A stretch of DNA of 64,000 bases. Source: a virus (taxonomy: Duplodnaviria > Caudoviricetes). A program made the position numbers and the translations under genes. The notes under the pieces are model-generated. The model did not search any database, had not been told where the DNA came from, and saw nothing but the letters and a program-made list of their open reading frames with translations. Each line of letters begins with the position of its first letter. Position 1 is the stretch's first letter. Location of the stretch: IMG/VR virus record IMGVR_UViG_2974716960_000001, positions 13,087 through 77,086 of that record; one strand, given 5' to 3'. This document shows positions 1-8,795 of the stretch, one piece after another.

Positions 1-7
1 TAAGCCG

Positions 8-2845
8 TTGTCTGCGTTCGTTGGTGAGGATGACGCGAAGTTCCTTGAAGTGCTGAATAAGCAGCGTAAGCCGGAAGCTCAGATCAACAATGATGTTCTG
101 GCTCGGGCGCTTACGGGTGATAATCAGGCTCGGGAGCTGTTTGAGAAGTCGGGGGCTTCGTTCTCGCTTAGCGATCTGCTGTATGGCTACAACAATCCGT
201 TGTCGTGGCTGCCGGGGTCGCGTAACGATGACACGCCGGGTCTGTCTCAGCGTGCTCGTGCGGGTGCGAATATCAGCCGGTTCGTTATGGACGACACCAA
301 CCACGCGTTGCAGGTTGGCGCGGAAGTGCGGTCCAACAATGAGGCTGTTACTGGCCGGGCGCAGTTTAAGCCGGGCACGCCTAACCCGTTCGCGGGTCTG
401 GGTAGTCCTTCGCCGTACTACGAGCCTGGGGGCCAGGGCGCGGCGGGTGTGCGTGTCGATATGCGTTTCAGCGATATCCAGCGCAACCATCCGGACCTAG
501 TTGAGAACATTCGGAAGAACGGTGGCCGGTTCGAGGAGCTGGCTGACGGCACGGTGATCCACCTTGACGCGGACCGCGCGGGTATGTACTTGCAGCCTGC
601 GCCTACGGCAGCTACGGGTGGTTTGTTCAGTGGGCCGGGGACGGGTCGTAGTGACTCGATTCTGGCTCGGGTGTCTAACGGCGAGTTCATCACTCGCGCC
701 GATTCTGTGGCTAAGTACGGACAGGAGTTCTTTCACGCTCTTAACAAGGGTGAGATTGATCCGTCCATGCTGCCTGGTTTCGACGGTGGTGGTCTGGTCG
801 GTAGTCCGTTTGACCCGAATCCGTTGCCGATCAGTGGGTTTGCGCCTAAGCCGTTGCCTCCGGTTCCGGCTGCGCCGCCGGGGGCGTTCGATGCGCCGAC
901 GCCGTTGGACATGCTGCCTAAGCCGGTTATTCCGCTTCCGGACCTTGCGAATCCTGGTCTCTACGATCCGTCTACCGGCAAGTACGGTGCTGCGCCAGCG
1001 TCAGCGACTCAGCGTCCGCTTAAGCCAGGTGTCGACGGCGACAAGGGCGAGTCGAGCGGGCCTAATGTGCCGCCGACTGATCCGCGTTCGCCTGCGTACC
1101 CTGCTCACGGCCTGGGTGGTTCGCCAGGGCCGGGTAACGGCATCCCGCATTTGACGGGAGCTGCGCCGGGGCCGGGCACGCCGACTGTTGCTGGTTTGGC
1201 TCTGCCGGGGCTTACGCCTCAGGCGGGTATGCCGGGCAGTGTCCCGAATCCAGGTCTGACGCCTAGTGCGAACGACCCGATGGGCTTGGCTGGTCTACCT
1301 AAGGAGTTGCAGCCGGTAGGCATCTTGGAGCAGATCGGTGAGATTCTGCTTAGCGCGGTGCTGGGCTTCTTTGGCATTGATCCGACGTACTTCAATATCG
1401 GTAAGCGCATCTTTACGGGGCTAACCGGAAGTAACGACGATAAGAACAATAAGCCACGTGACGCTGACCCTCAGGTTCAGCAGATCATTGACGGTTACCC
1501 GACTGATTTGCAGACTCAGTATCCGTTCGTGGGCACGCTTAACGGCGCGTCGGTATCTCCGGCTGCGCAGCGTGCGGCGAATATGGCTGAGCTTATGGCT
1601 GGCAAGCCGTATGTGTGGGGTGGTGGTGGCCTTGATGGCACTGACTGCTCGGGTCTGGTGATGTACGTTGCCGACGCGCTTAACGGTAAGCCGTTCTCGG
1701 GTCGTACGGGTGGTACTGGCGGGTTCGCTCAGTCCATTCCGGCTAAGGGTGGCGTGATCATTAGTGATCCTTCTCAGGCTCCACCGGGTACGTACCGGAT
1801 TGGTTGGAATGCTGCGCATACGGCGGCAACGCTGCCTGATGGTCGGAACATTGAGTCGAGCACGTACGACAAGCCGATTGCGGTTGGGTCGGGGGCTTCG
1901 GGTTATAACGATCCGCAGTTCACGAACTGGGCGTACTTCCCGTTGCCTAGCTTCGCTAGTGGTGGGTTCCTGAGTGGTGCCGGTACGGGCCGCTCGGATT
2001 CGATGCTGGCGCGGGTTAGTAACGGTGAGTTCATCACTCGTGCGGATTCGGTCGCTAAGTACGGTCGGGGCTTCTTTGAGGCTATTAACTCGGGGCGGAT
2101 TGATCCGTCGATGCTGCCGGGCTTCGCGCCTGGTGGTATGCCGTTGCCTCCGGTGACGCCGTTGCCGACGCCTCAGCCAGCTCCACCGCCGCCAGTTGCG
2201 ACGGCTGCGCCGAATGGTGCGCCTGCCGATCCGGCTGCGCCGCCTCCACCGGTTGAGCCTGTTGTCCCTACGGAGACGGCAGAGCAGGCGCTTGGTGGGC
2301 TTGGTAGCGCGCTGTCTGGCACTAACGCCGGGTCGAGCGGGCAGTTGCCGGGTGCGGCTGCGCCGGAGGGTGCTACGCCGGGCGTTGATCCGCGTTCTGT
2401 TGCGGGGGCCGCGCCGACGAACCTTGACCACAACAACCCTGCCTTGAGCAAGGGTATTCAGTCAGGGTTTACGCATGTGGGCAGCTTGATTGCCACGGCA
2501 GCGTCTATGGGCGCTGGCGCGGCGGGTGCGGCTGCGCCGGGAGCTGGTGCTGCCGGTGGTGCGGCTGGTGCTGGTATTCAGGCTGGCGCGCAGATTGCGG
2601 GGCAGGTCGCTAGCGGCGCTGTCAACATTCTGTCGAGCTTGCTGGTGGGCACGCTGTCTGGTGGTTCGTCACCTAACGCGTATGGCGCTCCGGTGCTGCC
2701 TCAGCAGCCTCAGGGTGGCGGTCTGGGTGGACCGGCTGTGGTTAACAACTACGGCGATATCCACACGGCTTCTTATGACCAGTTCTATCAGGGTCAGCAG
2801 AGGCGTGAAGCTCAGACGCAGGTTCCATTCCTGCCGATGAAGTAA
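8..2845 (+). CDS. Tape measure protein, C-terminal part (open at window edge), with an NlpC/P60-like peptidase domain
   Basis: Frame is open to the left edge; Pro/Gly/Ala-rich; GKPYVWGGGGLDGTDCSGLV...WNAAHTA is NlpC/P60-like; sits directly upstream of minor tail genes. Confidence 0.8.
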   Translation: MSAFVGEDDAKFLEVLNKQRKPEAQINNDVLARALTGDNQARELFEKSGASFSLSDLLYGYNNPLSWLPGSRNDDTPGLSQRARAGANISRFVMDDTNHALQVGAEVRSNNEAVTGRAQFKPGTPNPFAGLGSPSPYYEPGGQGAAGVRVDMRFSDIQRNHPDLVENIRKNGGRFEELADGTVIHLDADRAGMYLQPAPTAATGGLFSGPGTGRSDSILARVSNGEFITRADSVAKYGQEFFHALNKGEIDPSMLPGFDGGGLVGSPFDPNPLPISGFAPKPLPPVPAAPPGAFDAPTPLDMLPKPVIPLPDLANPGLYDPSTGKYGAAPASATQRPLKPGVDGDKGESSGPNVPPTDPRSPAYPAHGLGGSPGPGNGIPHLTGAAPGPGTPTVAGLALPGLTPQAGMPGSVPNPGLTPSANDPMGLAGLPKELQPVGILEQIGEILLSAVLGFFGIDPTYFNIGKRIFTGLTGSNDDKNNKPRDADPQVQQIIDGYPTDLQTQYPFVGTLNGASVSPAAQRAANMAELMAGKPYVWGGGGLDGTDCSGLVMYVADALNGKPFSGRTGGTGGFAQSIPAKGGVIISDPSQAPPGTYRIGWNAAHTAATLPDGRNIESSTYDKPIAVGSGASGYNDPQFTNWAYFPLPSFASGGFLSGAGTGRSDSMLARVSNGEFITRADSVAKYGRGFFEAINSGRIDPSMLPGFAPGGMPLPPVTPLPTPQPAPPPPVATAAPNGAPADPAAPPPPVEPVVPTETAEQALGGLGSALSGTNAGSSGQLPGAAAPEGATPGVDPRSVAGAAPTNLDHNNPALSKGIQSGFTHVGSLIATAASMGAGAAGAAAPGAGAAGGAAGAGIQAGAQIAGQVASGAVNILSSLLVGTLSGGSSPNAYGAPVLPQQPQGGGLGGPAVVNNYGDIHTASYDQFYQGQQRREAQTQVPFLPMK

Positions 2846-2862
2846 ACACTCTAACGACGGGT

Positions 2863-2911
2863 TAGCCCCGCTCGAATGCCGGTATTACTCCGGTGGCCGG
2901 GCGGGGCTTTC
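2863..2911 (+). terminator. Hairpin/terminator-like element after tape measure
   Basis: AGCCCCGCTCG ... CGGGCGGGGCT followed by a short T run. Confidence 0.5.
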
Positions 2912-2933
2912 CTGTTAGAAAGACAACTGAATA

Positions 2934-3848
2934 GTGAGCGATTACGTCAAGATTACTTTGACGGGTCGGGATGGTTCTACCTGGTGCTTGTCGGGCGCTG
3001 GCGCGGGTCGAGAGGGTGTCACCCTTTCCCCGAATGTCCAGAATCTTATTGATGCGCCGGTTAAGACTTTGTGGACGCCCGGCCCTTTTGGTGAGCAGTA
3101 CGCCGGTAAGCGTGTGCGTCGGCGCGAGGTCATTTTCTCTGTCCAGGTTGGGCATGAGGGCTTTGATCCTGATACGTGGGCCACGGTCGATTCACGTTGG
3201 CGTTGGGCCTGGGATTACGACCAGGAATGCACGCTAACTGTCGAGACTAGCGACGGCATTCGGAGCCTTAAGCTCCGGCTGCTAGAGGAGCCTAAGGCTT
3301 ACGGGGCGAAAGACCCATTCCTTACGGGCGACTGCGAAGTGATGATGACGACGGTCGCTGAGTTCCCGTATTGGGTGAGCGAGCCGGACGTTTTCATCTG
3401 GAAAACGCCGAACCTTGCGGACCGCACGACGGTGTTTGTTGCCAATAACGGTGACGTGCCGGTGTGGCTGCGGTGGACGTTTACCGCGCCTGGTACGTGG
3501 ACGCTTCCCGATTTCTCGTGGGAAAACGACATGTACGCGCGGGGCGAAATGGACCGTGGCCGAACGCTGGTGCTGCCTGAGCTTAAGCAGGGCGAGAGCA
3601 TCACGGTTGATTCAGACCCGCGTGTCCAGACGATTGTGGCCGCTAATGATGCGCCTGTTCAGCACAGGTGGAAGGGCAACGATCTGCTGTACCCGCTGAT
3701 GCCGGGCAAGAGCGGTGAGCTGCCGGTTGGGTTCAAGGCTAAGCCGACTGAGCCGGGGTCTGAGAATGGCGGCGCTTTCAAGCTAACCGTCCCTAAGTGG
3801 TATTCGCGTCCGTGGTCGCGTCCGCATGTGATTCGGACGGTGCATTAA
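2934..3848 (+). CDS. Minor tail protein (distal tail-like)
   Basis: First gene after tape measure; ITLTGRDGSTWCL N-terminus typical of mycobacteriophage minor tail proteins. Confidence 0.8.
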   Translation: MSDYVKITLTGRDGSTWCLSGAGAGREGVTLSPNVQNLIDAPVKTLWTPGPFGEQYAGKRVRRREVIFSVQVGHEGFDPDTWATVDSRWRWAWDYDQECTLTVETSDGIRSLKLRLLEEPKAYGAKDPFLTGDCEVMMTTVAEFPYWVSEPDVFIWKTPNLADRTTVFVANNGDVPVWLRWTFTAPGTWTLPDFSWENDMYARGEMDRGRTLVLPELKQGESITVDSDPRVQTIVAANDAPVQHRWKGNDLLYPLMPGKSGELPVGFKAKPTEPGSENGGAFKLTVPKWYSRPWSRPHVIRTVH

Positions 3849-5582
3849 ATGTGGCAGGACAGTGACCTTTGGGATATTGACAAGTCTTGCGATTACTACC
3901 GTGGTCGGCACGAGTCGATGCGGAAGGCGCACCCGCTAATCCGTATTTGGATTAACGACCCTGAGAATAGTCATGGCGCTGTCTGTGTCGGGCGGGTCGA
4001 CTTTACGGACACCATTAAGGGTTCGTTCCCATTTAAGAACAACACGGCCACGCAGGGCGTGTTGCAAATCCGAGACGATCATTACATCGCTCTGTTCCTT
4101 AAGCGGTTGCCGCAGGATGAGCGTTACCAGAAGAACGTAATGATCACGGTAGATTTTTACGGCGGCGCTAAGCGCTGGTCGGGGTTGCTGGATAAGTGGA
4201 ACATTAAGACCACTGAGGACGGCGCTAAGTATTTTGAAATGACGTTTCAGGACGACCTGACGTATTTGCAATACCTACTGTGCCCTCCTAATCCGTTCTT
4301 GCCGATTCCGGTATTTCAGTTCCCACGCATGTTCATGCTGGCTGGCCCTAGTAAATGGGCTATCTCAATGCTTATTCTCCTTAACCTGCTAAGGGTCGAG
4401 GGGAACCTTTGGGAATTGCCGGACGACCCGTTTGACCCTGAGGAGTGGGACCAGATTCTTGATTGGTCCGACTGGCAGGTTCATATCAAGGGTTCGCCGT
4501 GGCTGGTGGACGACTCGTCTATGTGGACGTTCCTGTCTGCGCGTATGAATCCGGTGGACGCGGTTATCGCTGATGCGCTGGACGATTGCCAGCTCACGAT
4601 GACGTACCGCCGAGTCCTTACGGACGATGGCGAGGTCGCGGACGGCCTGATGGGCATTGCGGACGGTACGCGCGTTAAGAACGGCGCGCTGGTGTTCGAG
4701 GTTGTCGATAACTCTAACGCGCACGCTTTCGATGGCACGTTCCTGTCGGGCACGGTCATTGACGGTTTCGCGCGGTCGCTGATCACGTATGGCGGCGGGT
4801 TTGTTGAGGATGTGTTTAACCAGGTCGGGGAGGACTCGACTCTGCATCCGGACGAGTATTACCAGTCCGGTTGGTTGGGCACTATCGCTAAGCAGCCGTG
4901 GCTAGTTATCCGTGACAGTGAGTGGACGCCGATTACGTCGTCTGACATGTCGTGGGGTCCGTCTAAGAACGTATCCGTTGTTGTGGGTGGTGATAACCCG
5001 GCGGCGGACGCCATTGCAAAGCTGATCATTGAGACGACTGGCGCGCTTATCGGCTATTTCCTATTGGCTGGGTTCTCCGGCTTGGGCAGTATCGCGGCTG
5101 ACGTGATTATGCCGTTCCTGGTGGGAACTATCGCGGCCTGGCTGCAATGGAAGAACACCGGGCGGGCTAACGCGCTTGGCTGGATGCACTACTGGGAGCT
5201 GTATCAGGCCGGTGCCGAGAATAACTCTTGGTCCCTGGCTGCGCTTAGCGCGCTTCGTGGTGGGTTCCTAGTCGGTAAGTCTGAGACGACTCACCTGGTG
5301 GCGCTGCACGATTCGTGGGCTATTCCTGGTCTGCATTTCGATATCGGTCACCGGATCGGTACGACGGTGGATTCGCCGGGCGTGCAGGACATTGTTTGGG
5401 TTAACCAGGTCGAGGAAATGGTTGCGGAGTGGGATAACTCCGGCGACGGACAGCCGTACGCGTGGGTCATTAAGGCCGGTAAGTCGCAGCGGAACATGAG
5501 CGTCGGTGAGCGCCTGGCGCGGCTATCGAAGAAGTTCCTAGATGCAATTAACAACGTCGGTGTTCACCTTGTGCAGGGTTAA
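3849..5582 (+). CDS. Minor tail protein (baseplate hub-like)
   Basis: 577 aa; RWSGLL..W, LLCPPNPFLP..FQFP motifs typical of the large conserved mycobacteriophage minor tail protein; abuts upstream gene. Confidence 0.85.
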   Translation: MWQDSDLWDIDKSCDYYRGRHESMRKAHPLIRIWINDPENSHGAVCVGRVDFTDTIKGSFPFKNNTATQGVLQIRDDHYIALFLKRLPQDERYQKNVMITVDFYGGAKRWSGLLDKWNIKTTEDGAKYFEMTFQDDLTYLQYLLCPPNPFLPIPVFQFPRMFMLAGPSKWAISMLILLNLLRVEGNLWELPDDPFDPEEWDQILDWSDWQVHIKGSPWLVDDSSMWTFLSARMNPVDAVIADALDDCQLTMTYRRVLTDDGEVADGLMGIADGTRVKNGALVFEVVDNSNAHAFDGTFLSGTVIDGFARSLITYGGGFVEDVFNQVGEDSTLHPDEYYQSGWLGTIAKQPWLVIRDSEWTPITSSDMSWGPSKNVSVVVGGDNPAADAIAKLIIETTGALIGYFLLAGFSGLGSIAADVIMPFLVGTIAAWLQWKNTGRANALGWMHYWELYQAGAENNSWSLAALSALRGGFLVGKSETTHLVALHDSWAIPGLHFDIGHRIGTTVDSPGVQDIVWVNQVEEMVAEWDNSGDGQPYAWVIKAGKSQRNMSVGERLARLSKKFLDAINNVGVHLVQG

Positions 5583-5605
5583 TCCGACTTAGGGGGAGAT
5601 AAGTA

Positions 5606-6103
5606 ATGCTATCGCAGAACGAATGCGACATGGAGAATCCGGAACAGTTTGCGGCGTGGGCGTTCGCTGCGGGGGTACCTGACCCTCGCGGCGAGCGTTA
5701 CCCGAATCAGCCTTTGATTCCCGCTAAGTGTTTCGCGGGCTTGTCGCAGATGCTTTGGGATTTCGGTTTCCGTTGGCATGAGGATAAGCAGGTCAAGTGG
5801 GTTAGTCCTCGGACCGGGCCGACGCGCAACTTTGAGGCGTGGGGCAGCACGGATATTAAGCCTGAGGACATTATGGGCGACGTTGCCCAGATGGCGGTTG
5901 AGGAGTTCCCGCAGATCGCGGCCAAGGTTGCGTCGGTGACTCCGGAGAAGCACCAGGAAGCGCTTGAAGAGGCGACTAAGGACTTGCTTAGCAAGATTGA
6001 GCGTCTTAGTGAGGCGCGGGCGCGTATGGAGAGCCGTTTGGCTGAGCGCGCGGACCGGGAGGTAACTCCGGAAGCGGAGGCGGTCGATGGCGGGTCTGCC
6101 TAG
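5606..6103 (+). CDS. Minor tail protein (DUF2744-like)
   Basis: P..FAAWAF...P, LSQMLWDFGFR motif; conserved position in the tail operon. Confidence 0.7.
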   Translation: MLSQNECDMENPEQFAAWAFAAGVPDPRGERYPNQPLIPAKCFAGLSQMLWDFGFRWHEDKQVKWVSPRTGPTRNFEAWGSTDIKPEDIMGDVAQMAVEEFPQIAAKVASVTPEKHQEALEEATKDLLSKIERLSEARARMESRLAERADREVTPEAEAVDGGSA

Positions 6104-7883
6104 TGGTGAAGCTGGTCTAGACGACCCGAAGTATGTAATCCAGAACACTGTTAAGGCGCTTGCGCAGCGGACGCAGGAGAACGTTGAGGCTGAGCATCGG
6201 GCGGCGGTGCAGGCGGCGGGCAATCCGTTGGACCCTGCATTGCAGTTCTTCTTTAACACGATCATGGGTGGTTTTCAGACCATCGGCAATCTGCTTGAGC
6301 AGATCATTCAGGCCGTAACTGGCGCTGCGGGTGGAACGTTAGCGACACTTTCCACATATATGGCGGGGTTGGTCACCGATATCAGTAATGCGCTGGGGTG
6401 GCTGGCCGACTTGGTTGACGATCTGTGGAATAACGCGGCATCGGTGATCGGGTCTATCCCACAGACGCTTGTGTCGGGCCTACAGGCTGCGCTTAACGGG
6501 ATTAACAACACGATTCAGCAGGTCATTGAGGGCATCGTTGGCGCTATTCGCGGTATCCCGTTGGTGGGTGCTGGCATTGCTGATCTGGTGTCGATCCTTA
6601 CGGGTTACCGCGAGGGTGTTGAGACCGACCAGATTACTCAGCAGAACCTAACGATTTCGTCTACGAGCGCGGTGCAGCGGCAGCCTGCTTGGGCGTCGGC
6701 CTACCCGATTTCGGCGGTGACGTATCCGGCGATCCTGCATTCCGATTTCACGGTCTATGCGGAGACGGTCGGGCCTGCTACGGCGGGTACTGCGCACTCG
6801 CACGAGATTCGTGGGTCGACTGACGACGCTTACGCAATCGCGCCGTTCTGGGCTTGTGAGCAGAACGGCAGCTTGGGCGGGTTCGTCACGGTGTCTGAGG
6901 ACACGGTGTTCTCCAAGTTCGGCATGGTGATTTTTGCGGACACGACGCCGGTCCCGGCTGGGACGGTCTATTTCGAGGTTTACCGGGAGCAGCCTGGCGG
7001 CAGTTTGGACCGGCTGACTCAGACTGATATCTCGGCGAACATCACCAGTACGAGCAAGCTTTTGGTGTTGCAGTGGACGGACTTCCGGATCGTTGCGCGC
7101 CGGGGCGAGCGGTACCTACTGCGGATTAAGAACACGTCGAGTCCTAGCGTTGTGCCGCGTTTGCGTGGCCTTGCGTGGGGCACTGGTGTTCCGGAGATTC
7201 AGTGGGAAACAACTACCGCGACCGATACCAATAAGACGGCGTACACGGCTGCGGAGTCCGCTGCAATTATCTCTACGTCGGGTATCACGCCGTGGCTGAT
7301 GTTGGCGGCTGAGGAAACTGACATTCCTGAGGCTCGCACGTGGGCTGACGACTTTAACCGTCCCGAGCTGGGCTACTTGTGGAACCACAGCAAGGCCGAT
7401 AACGGCGATCTGGTCATTACCGCTAACAAGCTTTCGTATGGCGGGACCACTAACGGTTTCCAGCAGGCTTTGTATATCCATCCGCTAGCTACGGACAAGT
7501 TCAAGCTGACGGCTGAGGTTTCAAATCTGGGCGGTACGGGCCAGGTGTATTTCATGTGCGCGGGTGGCCGTAATAACAACGTGTCTGCGGTGCTGGCGAT
7601 TGGCGCTTCGGGCGTGTCTATTCAGACGTTAATTGGCACGACCGTGACGGTGCGCGCGCAGGTGCTTCGGACTAACAACGCGGGGAAGTACACATTTACG
7701 TATGACCCGGCGTCTAAGACGTACAACGTGTTGCTTAACGATCAGCCTATCGGGCTGTCATGGACGGACAGTGCCAACTTGCTAGATAAGGGTGTCCAGT
7801 TCCGGTATTTCCAGATTCAGATTCAGCGCGTCAGTGGCGTTAATGGGGGGCAGGTAGACAATTGGGTGATTCAGGACAACTAA
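6087..7883 (+). CDS. Minor tail protein
   Basis: 598 aa; helical N-terminal repeats, beta-rich C-terminus (DDFNRP..G..W); tail operon position. Confidence 0.75.
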   Translation: MAGLPSGEAGLDDPKYVIQNTVKALAQRTQENVEAEHRAAVQAAGNPLDPALQFFFNTIMGGFQTIGNLLEQIIQAVTGAAGGTLATLSTYMAGLVTDISNALGWLADLVDDLWNNAASVIGSIPQTLVSGLQAALNGINNTIQQVIEGIVGAIRGIPLVGAGIADLVSILTGYREGVETDQITQQNLTISSTSAVQRQPAWASAYPISAVTYPAILHSDFTVYAETVGPATAGTAHSHEIRGSTDDAYAIAPFWACEQNGSLGGFVTVSEDTVFSKFGMVIFADTTPVPAGTVYFEVYREQPGGSLDRLTQTDISANITSTSKLLVLQWTDFRIVARRGERYLLRIKNTSSPSVVPRLRGLAWGTGVPEIQWETTTATDTNKTAYTAAESAAIISTSGITPWLMLAAEETDIPEARTWADDFNRPELGYLWNHSKADNGDLVITANKLSYGGTTNGFQQALYIHPLATDKFKLTAEVSNLGGTGQVYFMCAGGRNNNVSAVLAIGASGVSIQTLIGTTVTVRAQVLRTNNAGKYTFTYDPASKTYNVLLNDQPIGLSWTDSANLLDKGVQFRYFQIQIQRVSGVNGGQVDNWVIQDN

Positions 7884-7888
7884 GCAGG

Positions 7889-8059
7889 ATGGGCGTCTAC
7901 GTGCCAGATAAGGGCACGGCGGCGGTCCCTGACAATGTGCGCCAGAAGCCGTCTGTTAAAAAGCCGGTCCTTTCGGAGAGCGCACAGTTTCGTGAGCAGA
8001 TTGTCGAAGCAACCCTTAAGCGCGCTAGGGCCGAGAAAGGGGGGCTAAGTGTCACTTAA
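7889..8059 (+). CDS. Small hypothetical protein
   Basis: ATG 5 nt after upstream stop; overlaps next start. Confidence 0.5.
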   Translation: MGVYVPDKGTAAVPDNVRQKPSVKKPVLSESAQFREQIVEATLKRARAEKGGLSVT

Positions 8060-8324
8060 GAAGTTCACGCAAGACCCAGATGAAGTTTTGGACTACACGA
8101 TTGATTGGTCGGAGTGGCTGGCTTCGGGTGACACGATCACCGAAGTTACGGCTACTCCGGCTTCTGGCATCACGGTTGATTCCAGTTCTTTCACGGTTAG
8201 TTCTACGACCATTTGGGTTTCTGGCGGCGCGGCTGGTCAGCGGTACGACATTAGCGTGCATGTCGTTACTAATGGCGGGCGTGAGGGTGACCGGTCGATC
8301 ACGATTGAGATTAAGGAGAAGTAG
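8049..8324 (+). CDS. Tail-associated small protein
   Basis: KKFTQDPDEVLDYTIDWSEWL motif of a widespread phage tail/baseplate accessory family. Confidence 0.65.
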   Translation: MSLKKFTQDPDEVLDYTIDWSEWLASGDTITEVTATPASGITVDSSSFTVSSTTIWVSGGAAGQRYDISVHVVTNGGREGDRSITIEIKEK

Positions 8325-8408
8325 TGACGAATCCGGTTTTTACTCTGGTGGCTTTCGCTTCTGCGGAGGTCACTCCGGCTAATACACAACTAAATATGGA
8401 GGACAGTA

Positions 8409-8795
8409 ATGACGGTCGGGATTCACACGGTCAACCTGGCGAATAAGTGGCTTGGCATCCTGCGGGGCACGGCTTTCACTGCGCCTAGTGGGATTTACAT
8501 TCAGCTTCATAAGGGCGATCCCGGCGGGGCGGGTACTGCGAACCTTTCGGCGGTGACGACGCGGGCGCTTGCGACTTTCGCGGCTCCGGCTTCAGGCGCT
8601 ATCGCACTTACGGGCACTAACCCATCGTGGACGATGACGGCCACGGAGACGATTACGCATATCAGCGTGTGGGATGCGTCGACTGGCGGGAACTTTCTGT
8701 GGTCGGCTGTTCTGGCTGCGTCTAAGAATGTGCAGTCGGGTGACACGTTGACGCTTACTACGTGCGGGCTGTCGCTGGGCGCTTTGGCGGCTTAA
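8409..8795 (+). CDS. Minor tail protein
   Basis: YIQLHKGDPG..GTAN motif; GGAGG RBS upstream. Confidence 0.7.
   Translation: MTVGIHTVNLANKWLGILRGTAFTAPSGIYIQLHKGDPGGAGTANLSAVTTRALATFAAPASGAIALTGTNPSWTMTATETITHISVWDASTGGNFLWSAVLAASKNVQSGDTLTLTTCGLSLGALAA

Noticed and set aside
1421-2431. Long antisense ORFs (also 44286-45245, 13631-14425, 30788-31426, 60990-61838 and others)
   Set aside because: Shadow frames of high-GC genes; Arg/Pro-rich, no RBS or motifs
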